Origin: Capsulimonadales bacterium
GTDB lineage: Bacteria > Armatimonadota > Armatimonadia > Armatimonadales > Armatimonadaceae
Assembly: GCA_033762295.1 (NCBI GenBank)
Contig: JANRLW010000054.1
Coordinates: 1-13,216, forward strand
DNA length: 13,216 nt
Direction of reading: 5' to 3'
Below the pieces are notes generated by a model. The model was given only the letters and a program-made list of their open reading frames with translations, made no database searches and was not told where the DNA came from. This document shows positions 1 through 6,272 of the stretch, piece after piece. The position numbers and the translations under genes were made by a program. Position 1 is the first letter of the stretch; every line of letters starts with the position of its first letter.

Positions 1-687
1 GCGGCCGCACTTGCCACCGATGCTGTCGACGAAATCAAGAGCGGCCTGGCTACCGAAACCGCCGTCTCCGGCGTACAAACAACGGCCAATACGATCAATT
101 CGAAACTGGGTGCCATCACCGGATCGGGCTTGAACACCGTCTTGGGCTTTTTCAGGGCCCTGGCCAGTAAGGCGGGGGCGATTCTTCCTACGGATATCGG
201 TGGGACGTTTGACAATACGACCGACTCGCTGGAAGCGATTCGGGAGCGTGGCGATGCTGCCTGGGGAGGCGGTGGAGGCGGCTCCGGGACCGTAGTGGTT
301 CCGATGACGGCTTTGGTTGTCGACTTGGGCGGACAAGTCGACAGAACGCAAACGGATCTGATCCTGGTGACCGGAGACCATTGGAACTTGCTGGCCTATC
401 TGAAACGGGCGGATGGCGCACCCTTCGATGCCTCCGGTGCCAGTGCGGTGCAGTACGCCCTGATCAAAGCGGGGGCGACTACCGCATCCATCGGAGGCAA
501 GTCCGCCGCCTCCGGTGCGGCAGGGGCCATCTGGAGCGCGGGCCAAATTGCCGCGCCGTATACCGACACCGAAACCGCGACTTTGACGCCGGGACGGTAT
601 TACCTGCAGGTCAAGGCGACCGTCGGCGATGTGGAAACGACCGGAGAGTCGCCCGTTTTCACCGTACGAAAAGGGTTTATCGGATGA
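1..687 (+). CDS. Virion structural protein, 5'-partial; C-terminal Ig-like domain resembling the BppU N-terminal domain
   Basis: Frame 1 is open from base 1 (AAALATDAVDEIKSG...) to TGA 685-687, so the ORF-track start at 130 is internal. A poly-Gly linker precedes a ~120 aa beta-rich domain (LVTGDHWNL...DGAPFDASG...GQIAAPYTDTETATLTPGRYYLQVK...FTVRKG). Confidence 0.6.
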   Translation, partial: AAALATDAVDEIKSGLATETAVSGVQTTANTINSKLGAITGSGLNTVLGFFRALASKAGAILPTDIGGTFDNTTDSLEAIRERGDAAWGGGGGGSGTVVVPMTALVVDLGGQVDRTQTDLILVTGDHWNLLAYLKRADGAPFDASGASAVQYALIKAGATTASIGGKSAASGAAGAIWSAGQIAAPYTDTETATLTPGRYYLQVKATVGDVETTGESPVFTVRKGFIG

Positions 688-1013
688 TCGGACTGCTTGC
701 GAACCAATTTGCCAGCGAAGTGGCGGAAACTATTCGGGAATTCGGCAATACCATCCGCCTCCCGAACGGACAGGAATCCAAAGCCATCTTCGACCCCCGG
801 GAAACCGAAGCGCTAAAATTCGTTCCGGCCTCTCTCGTGGACGCCGGTGGCAAACTGATCGTCGTGTCTTTCCTGCCGGACGATGGCCTGAAAAGCGGCG
901 ATAAGATCCTCGATCGGCATGGCGTGACCTGGTCCCTGATCGCCCCTGCCCGGGTAGAGGCGACGGATATCACTATCCAAAACGCCTGGGTCTGCCGCTC
1001 CGGAGTACGCTGA
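684..1013 (+). CDS. Putative head closure / head-tail joining protein (gpFII-like), 109 aa
   Basis: ATG 684 overlaps the upstream stop (ATGA), and the TGA overlaps the next ATG (TGATG). Size, position and the beta-rich pattern 'LKSGDKILDRHGVTWSLI' fit head-closure proteins. Confidence 0.6.
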   Translation: MIGLLANQFASEVAETIREFGNTIRLPNGQESKAIFDPRETEALKFVPASLVDAGGKLIVVSFLPDDGLKSGDKILDRHGVTWSLIAPARVEATDITIQNAWVCRSGVR

Positions 1014-1504
1014 TGCACCTTTCCCTCGCCCTGGAAATCAATCCCACCGGCTGGAGACGCACGCTGACGCAGCTCGGCGGATCGCTTACCTCGTTCACAC
1101 CGGAAATGAAGGAGATTCGTCGTCTTCAGGCGCGTTCGGTCGATCTGACGTTTCGCCAGGGCGGACGGCCGCAACCATGGGCGCGATTGGCGGAAACCAC
1201 GATCGCCGCCCGGCGACGCCGAACGCGCCGTACCGGAGAGCAGCCGGTCGCCGGGTTCGAAACCCCGCTACGCGCTTTCGATGACAGCCTTCGAAAGGCG
1301 CTGGTCGATACCACGGGGACGGCTCCCGGCAGTGCGTCGTACGTCAATGAAACCGAAGCGGTCGCCGGGATCTCCTTGCCCTACGCGGCCCGGCAACAGG
1401 CGCGCCGTCCGTTTCTGGTGCTTTTGCCGACCGATCAACGGGCATATCAGGACGTCCTGACCGCGGGCCTGCGGCGTCGGGTCGCGGCTGTGCAAAGGCT
1501 CTAG
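1013..1504 (+). CDS. Phage virion morphogenesis protein (Mu gpG / P2 gpS-like neck-tail completion protein)
   Basis: Basic 163 aa protein with the typical motifs 'FRQGGRPQPWARLAETTIAARRRR', 'LPYAARQQ' and 'ARRPFL'. Translationally coupled to the upstream gene. Confidence 0.75.
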   Translation: MHLSLALEINPTGWRRTLTQLGGSLTSFTPEMKEIRRLQARSVDLTFRQGGRPQPWARLAETTIAARRRRTRRTGEQPVAGFETPLRAFDDSLRKALVDTTGTAPGSASYVNETEAVAGISLPYAARQQARRPFLVLLPTDQRAYQDVLTAGLRRRVAAVQRL

Positions 1505-1527
1505 AAAACGAAGGACAAGGGATTGCC

Positions 1528-2028
1528 ATGCCGATTCGGAACCCGATCGGACATCTTGCCACCATCGATGACGGAGAAACGCTGCTCATCGAGGATCGAT
1601 TGCGTGCGCTGCTCACCGGCGATGCGGATCTTGCGGGAACCTATTTCGGTCCGATTCTCGATTTCCCCCTGCACGCGATCGCGGAGAGCGAAGGGCTTCT
1701 GGTCAGCATTTTCACCAATCGCGAGTACTTACCGGCACAGACTCTTTCGACCCGGCGCCTCGACCCCGAGATCGTTTTGGAGGTGGCCGGCTACCTCGAT
1801 GAAGGGGCGACACGTACCCGGATGTCCGAAACCCGGCGGCGAGTCGTGCGACTGACCACCCTGTTGCGCAAGGTAATCTGGCGGCGCTATCGGGTCGACC
1901 CCAGCGCTGACAGCCTCTGGTACCGAATGTCGTTCGGCACTCCCGTTACGACTCCCTTCTTCGGAGAAAACAACAGTTACTTCCTGACTCGAACCGTTTT
2001 TAGCCTTTCAGCCAACCAAGGAGCCTGA
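1528..2028 (+). CDS. Putative tail terminator / tail completion protein, 166 aa
   Basis: Purine-rich RBS (AAGGACAAGGG) upstream. Size and position between the morphogenesis gene and the tail tube fit. Called mainly from gene order. Confidence 0.55.
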   Translation: MPIRNPIGHLATIDDGETLLIEDRLRALLTGDADLAGTYFGPILDFPLHAIAESEGLLVSIFTNREYLPAQTLSTRRLDPEIVLEVAGYLDEGATRTRMSETRRRVVRLTTLLRKVIWRRYRVDPSADSLWYRMSFGTPVTTPFFGENNSYFLTRTVFSLSANQGA

Positions 2029-2031
2029 TCC

Positions 2032-2346
2032 ATGCCCAAACCCACTATATCCCTGTCCGAATCGGGCGAAACACGTGTCCTTTCGACGCATTTGCGGCTG
2101 ATTCGTGAGGGCTGTCCGCAAATTTTCGAGGGTTGCGCCCGGGGGGGCCTCGATCTGGAACTCTCTTACGGAGTACCCGAGCCGCGCGAAAACTTCGCCC
2201 CCTGGTTTGCCGAACGCGTGGTGGAGGACGGGGTGTGTCTTCCCTGCCACGAGGACGGCAGTCCGTTCGGCAGTCCGTTCGGTAGTCCGTTCGGTAGTCC
2301 GTTCGGTGACGGCAATGCCTCTGCGGAGGACGAAACGGAGGGCTAA
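2032..2346 (+). CDS. Small hypothetical protein with (GSPF)4 repeat and acidic C-terminus
   Basis: AAGGAG upstream of ATG 2032, 3 nt after the previous stop. Fills the gap in the operon. 104 aa. Confidence 0.6.
   Translation: MPKPTISLSESGETRVLSTHLRLIREGCPQIFEGCARGGLDLELSYGVPEPRENFAPWFAERVVEDGVCLPCHEDGSPFGSPFGSPFGSPFGDGNASAEDETEG
2257..2304 (+). repeat. 12-bp tandem repeat GGYAGTCCGTTC x4 (in frame, GSPF x4)
   Basis: Units at 2257, 2269 (GGCAGTCCGTTC) and 2281, 2293 (GGTAGTCCGTTC). Confidence 0.95.
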
Positions 2347-2349
2347 AAC

Positions 2350-4146
2350 GTGGCCCTGACGATCGAAGTACAGCGGGCGATCGGAGGCATCGGTATCGCC
2401 TCCTTTTCGACGATTGCGGTCCTGTCCGATTCCGGAGGGGCCGATGTTTTTGATGATACCGACTTGACCCCCGGCTTGCTTTATGTCTATCGGGTACGCC
2501 GCCGGGACGATTCGCAATCCGGTCCCTGTGAGTACAGCGACTGGTCGAATCTGGTCTTTCTGCGTGCCCCTTGGACGGAGGTAATCACCATGCCCGAGTT
2601 AGCGGATCAACCCACGACAGGCGCTGCCTCAGCCCTTTACCTGGCCATCGAAAACGCACCCAAAATCCCGGCGAAAGCTCAGTGGAAGGTTCCCCTTCTC
2701 TCCGGCGGATTCGGCGATGATATGATGCGCGTGCCCTCGAACGAACTGCGCAACAGCCGCACCCGTCGCCGGGGGCAGGTATATGGCCGCACCGTCTACG
2801 AGGGAACGTTCGATATCGTAATCAAGCCCGAAGGCGCGTATCTGCGGATCCTCCGCAGCCTGTTTCCACGGGCCACGACCGCGAACACCATCACAATTAC
2901 CGGCAATACGACCAATACGAATACCACCGTCGCCGCTGTGTCCTCGACCGTGGGCCTCGCCGTCGGCCAGCCGATCAGCGGCGCCGGGATCGCCGCAGGG
3001 ACAACTATTGCCAGCATAGGTTCGGGCAGCATCACGCTGTCCGCTGCGGCAACGGCTACCGCCAGTGGCGTGACCCTGACGGTGACGCAGAGCTACACCC
3101 ACAGATTCAGCAACCTGCTCGGCTCGCGTAAAACCATGACAATCATTCAGCAGTATGAGGATCTGTACAAGGTTTACACGGGCGTGGATGTCACAAGCCT
3201 TGAGATCAGTGCTTCGGATGAGGATGATAATCCGGTGATCGGTCGGGTGGGTATGCGGGCGCTCGCCATGTTCATCTTCCGCATTGCCGAAGTGGCCAGT
3301 GCCGCGGCACTGCTCGGTTGCGATACTGCGTCGGAAACCACGCTGGATCACTACTCCTGCCAGATGGCACTGGCGACGGTGGGATCGGCGTCCGGTGAGT
3401 TTCGATCGATGACTCACACGTTCACTCACCAGCTCCGGTTCGTCAAGGGATTGTCAGGCAAGCGCGGTTATGCGCGGCAGTTCCAGGGCAAGATTGATAC
3501 GGCAGGCAGCGGGACGATCAACTTCGACGACGACGACATCAGCCGGATTTGGCGCAATATGGGCGTGGCGTCCGTGCCGACCGGCGGATTCGCCCCGGGT
3601 ACAACGATTACCTATCAGCCGGTCAGCACGGTGTTTACCCCGCCGAACAACGCGATCGGTTGGGCGCCTTCCATGGGGATTTACTACGAGAACGCGGACG
3701 TTATCACCACGATGACCATCCAGGACGAAAACGAGATTCCCGAGAACCTGACTTTCATCCCGATCGATGCGCCCGGGAGTACGTCCGGTACCGACGCCTA
3801 TATTGAGGTGAAAAACTTCGAGAGTGGTGCGGCGATCGATGCGCCCGGTTTGACCATCGACAACGTGCCGGCTTCGGCAGATACCGAATGGATATATGGT
3901 CTGGTCAAATCATCTCCGTCACCGACGACCACGGTTTTCCAAACGACGTCGACTCATCTGAGCAACGTCAACGATGCTTACAACGGGAAAAAGCTGCGGT
4001 TCTATGGCAACGTCACCGCGGCGCTCGCGGGAGTAACTTCCTCGGCCATCTCCGATTACGACGGCTCGAACCGGGAGTTTACCCTGACATCCGCGTTGGC
4101 CAACGCTCCGGCGTCGGGCGATTTGTTTGAGATCGTCTCCGCCTGA
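2350..4146 (+). CDS. Major tail (tube) protein with accessory domains; long form from GTG 2350 (598 aa), core form probably from ATG 2590 (518 aa)
   Basis: Tube-like core: 'ASALYLAIE', 'SNELRNSR', 'YEGTFDIVIKP', 'YTHRFS...TMTIIQ...YTGVDVTSLEISAS', 'GSGTINFDD'. Lies upstream of TAC and tape measure. GGAGG precedes both starts (2337-2341 and 2577-2582). Confidence 0.8.
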   Translation: MALTIEVQRAIGGIGIASFSTIAVLSDSGGADVFDDTDLTPGLLYVYRVRRRDDSQSGPCEYSDWSNLVFLRAPWTEVITMPELADQPTTGAASALYLAIENAPKIPAKAQWKVPLLSGGFGDDMMRVPSNELRNSRTRRRGQVYGRTVYEGTFDIVIKPEGAYLRILRSLFPRATTANTITITGNTTNTNTTVAAVSSTVGLAVGQPISGAGIAAGTTIASIGSGSITLSAAATATASGVTLTVTQSYTHRFSNLLGSRKTMTIIQQYEDLYKVYTGVDVTSLEISASDEDDNPVIGRVGMRALAMFIFRIAEVASAAALLGCDTASETTLDHYSCQMALATVGSASGEFRSMTHTFTHQLRFVKGLSGKRGYARQFQGKIDTAGSGTINFDDDDISRIWRNMGVASVPTGGFAPGTTITYQPVSTVFTPPNNAIGWAPSMGIYYENADVITTMTIQDENEIPENLTFIPIDAPGSTSGTDAYIEVKNFESGAAIDAPGLTIDNVPASADTEWIYGLVKSSPSPTTTVFQTTSTHLSNVNDAYNGKKLRFYGNVTAALAGVTSSAISDYDGSNREFTLTSALANAPASGDLFEIVSA

Positions 4147-4162
4147 TTTTCCCTTTCTTTCC

Positions 4163-4942
4163 ATGCCGACCATTCTCTGGTACCCGACCAACGTCGAGGC
4201 CGATATCCGGCCGCCCTTTTCGTCGATGACGGCGACGACCAACCTCGACGACGGAAGCGATTCCACCGTTGTTACTCACCAACGGACCGTCGCGGCAACG
4301 AGCGGCCCAGCCGCCCTGTCCGGCACAACGTTTATCACGGTCGTCTACGATTACGGGTCGGTGGCATTGCTGACCGGTTGGTCGACCCGGTGGCGTCCGC
4401 TTCAGTCGTTCGATCCGGGGCAAATTCCGGGGAAAAGCAACTTGCTTGCTGTTGAATACAGCGCCGACACGACGGATGGGGAAGACGGCGCCTGGTCCGA
4501 CGCGGGCGGTGAGAGCGTTTCCGAGGGAGCATATACCACCAGCGTGAGCGGATCGCTCTCCGTCTCCGCCCGGTACGTTCGGTTCCTTTATCGCCACACC
4601 GGCACTTCCCCGTACGTGTTGCCGCTGACCGTGTCTTTGGATGTTTCCGAAGCCACAGCGACCTTCGCCGAGATCATTCCCTGCTCCGCGCCCACCCGCC
4701 CGACGCTATCCGGGACGGCCATCCGGGACCCGTTGAAAGTCACCCTGACCATCCTTCGGTCCGTCCTGAAAACCATGATGGGCGTGACGGATGTGACGGA
4801 TGTGACGGATGTGATGGATGTGATGGAAACGATGAATCGGATCGGTCGCCCACAGTTCGCTCCTCCCGTGCAACTTCGTTGCACTGGGCCGGCGCAGCTT
4901 CGTTGCGCTGAGGCCGGAGTCGCTCTTCCCCACAGCGCCTGA
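4163..4942 (+). CDS. Accessory tail protein with F5/8 type C (discoidin)-like domain
   Basis: First ATG is at 4163, after the tube stop at 4146. The motifs 'LAVEYSADTTDGEDGAWS' and 'VSARYVRF' resemble the F5/8-C fold. The C-terminal part is low complexity and no clear SD is present. Confidence 0.55.
   Translation: MPTILWYPTNVEADIRPPFSSMTATTNLDDGSDSTVVTHQRTVAATSGPAALSGTTFITVVYDYGSVALLTGWSTRWRPLQSFDPGQIPGKSNLLAVEYSADTTDGEDGAWSDAGGESVSEGAYTTSVSGSLSVSARYVRFLYRHTGTSPYVLPLTVSLDVSEATATFAEIIPCSAPTRPTLSGTAIRDPLKVTLTILRSVLKTMMGVTDVTDVTDVMDVMETMNRIGRPQFAPPVQLRCTGPAQLRCAEAGVALPHSA
4784..4828 (+). repeat. 9-bp tandem repeat GTGAYGGAW x5 (VTD/VMD/VME)
   Basis: GTGACGGAT at 4784, 4793, 4802; GTGATGGAT at 4811; GTGATGGAA at 4820. 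Confidence 0.9.
4868..4910 (+). other. Twin hairpins GTGCAAC-TTC-GTTGCAC and GCGCAGC-TTC-GTTGCGC
   Basis: Inverted repeats at 4868-4884 and 4892-4908 share the same loop and differ by compensatory and wobble changes. Confidence 0.6.
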
Positions 4943-4994
4943 CCAATCCTGACCGTACTCGGGTAGGCCGACCGGCCTGCCCCTTGGAGATTTT

Positions 4995-5696
4995 ATGCCC
5001 ATATCCAAGCGCCAACACAAAACCACGGACGCGCCCGCCTTATCGGAACGGAAGGTGCTGATGATCCCTGAGACCTATCGGGTAGGGGATTTGTCGTTCA
5101 CTCTCCGGACCCCCCGGATGCGCGAGGCTGACTCGATCGAGGAGCACGTCTATGAGATGTTCCCGGACTGCCTCCTCTTTGCCGCGATAGGCGATCGGGC
5201 CGGACGAGGAATCGACCTGCAAAAGGCATGGAATGTTTACACGCTCTCCCGCGCCCGCGCGCATGCTGAGGCGGTGGACGCCTGGAAACAAGCCAGACCT
5301 GAGGACGAGGACCCGGCGGCACTGGCCGTCTGGGAGGAACGCAATCCGGGCGAGATGGCCGACGTCGAGCTGAGCGAGGTGCTCGAACAATTCGATATCG
5401 CTCGAAGGACGATGAGGCACTTTCTCCCCGGTATCTGTGATGTCCTGATGCGCCTCCTCAGCGGCGATCATCCGTATGTGTGGCCGCTGCCCGCCGGTGA
5501 GGAAGGCGATCCGGTAGCGTTGCCGGACGGAAAACGGCCATTGGACGATGCGCTGCTCGATCTGGAGTTCACCGCGTTCGCCGACTTGCTCCGTGCGATT
5601 TTCGATTGTTTAGGAGGGTTCCCGGGCGACGCGGGGCACCGGTTTCTATCGAGCGATCACGGGACGGAACCATCCGGACGATCCCACGAAATATAG
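4995..5696 (+). CDS. Tail assembly chaperone (gpG-like), 233 aa
   Basis: GGAG RBS. Acidic, helical-looking protein between the tube and tape measure genes, overlapped at its 3' end by a start-less ORF in another frame. Confidence 0.7.
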   Translation: MPISKRQHKTTDAPALSERKVLMIPETYRVGDLSFTLRTPRMREADSIEEHVYEMFPDCLLFAAIGDRAGRGIDLQKAWNVYTLSRARAHAEAVDAWKQARPEDEDPAALAVWEERNPGEMADVELSEVLEQFDIARRTMRHFLPGICDVLMRLLSGDHPYVWPLPAGEEGDPVALPDGKRPLDDALLDLEFTAFADLLRAIFDCLGGFPGDAGHRFLSSDHGTEPSGRSHEI

Positions 5697-5910
5697 TCGG
5701 GATCGCCGGCAAAACCTGGCGGACACGGTCGAGTTCTATCGGCGGGTCGGCCAGATCTATGCTTGGATGACACCGACGTACCTTCGTGAGGAACTGACCG
5801 AACCGGCTCTGTATGCGTATACCTACGGCCTCGTAGATTACTCCGCCCGCTCGATCACTATGGGCATGGCGACTCTTCTTGTTGGCGACTCATCAGGCCG
5901 TAAGCCTTGA
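5644..5910 (+). CDS. gpT-like frameshift extension of the tail assembly chaperone (+1 frame)
   Basis: The +1 frame is open from 5614 to TGA 5908-5910 with no ATG before 5767. It has GC3-rich codons and reads FYRAITGRNHPDDPTKYSRDRRQNLADTVEFYRRVGQIYAWMTPTYLREELTEPALYAY...GRKP. 'WMTPTYLREELT' resembles gpT-type motifs. Confidence 0.65.
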   Translation, partial: FYRAITGRNHPDDPTKYSRDRRQNLADTVEFYRRVGQIYAWMTPTYLREELTEPALYAYTYGLVDYSARSITMGMATLLVGDSSGRKP

Positions 5911-5944
5911 TCCCAATGGTCGTGCCGTCCGGCAAGCCCTGTTT

Positions 5945-6272
5945 ACTTCAACCCTCACCAGCGGCGAACCGCCGGTGCAACTTATCGCGCTCTGCCGCAG
6001 AAACTGCGGTCTGTCACGGGTTTCAACCCTCACCAGCGGCGAACCGCCGGTGGAACCGTACCCCAGAGATCGGACGACTGACTGTTGAGGTAGTTTCAAC
6101 CCTCACCAGCGGCGAACCGCCGGTGGAACCGTGCTGGCCACCACTTGGGTTGCCTCCACCCAGGTTTCAACCCTCACCAGCGGCGAACCGCCGGTGGAAC
6201 GCTGCTCTTGCTACTAGCGCGAAAGACGGCGTTGTGTTTCAACCCTCACCAGCGGCGAACCGCCGGTGGAAC
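5945..6272 (-). CRISPR. CRISPR mini-array: 5 repeats (37 bp), 4 spacers (38, 36, 34, 35 bp); type I-C-like; no cas genes in window
   Basis: The + strand repeat GTTTCAACCCTCACCAGCGGCGAACCGCCGGTGGAAC is identical at 6020-6056, 6093-6129, 6164-6200 and 6236-6272. A degenerate copy with 3 mismatches lies at 5945-5981. Unique spacers are at 5982-6019, 6057-6092, 6130-6163 and 6201-6235. The minus-strand repeat GTTCCACCGGCGGTTCGCCGCTGGTGAGGGTTGAAAC has a 9-bp stem, a UUCG loop and ends in TTGAAAC. Confidence 0.97.

Noticed and set aside
381..683. Upstream extension of the 381-1013 ORF
   Set aside because: It overlaps the frame-1 gene and is Arg/Cys-rich shadow sequence. The coupled ATG at 684 is a far better start.
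2344..2352. Stop-codon readthrough or recoding fusing 2032-2346 with the tube gene
   Set aside because: The frames match, but the stop is TAA and GTG 2350 has its own SD. TAA, TAG and TGA all end genes normally in this window.
5911..5944. Possible fifth spacer and sixth repeat left of the degenerate repeat
   Set aside because: The 34-bp gap is spacer-sized, but no repeat remnant lies beyond it. That sequence is the end of the gpT-like ORF.
5982..6235. Self-targeting of spacers within this window
   Set aside because: I saw no extended match of any spacer on either strand by eye. This is not exhaustive and needs an alignment, including the rest of the genome.
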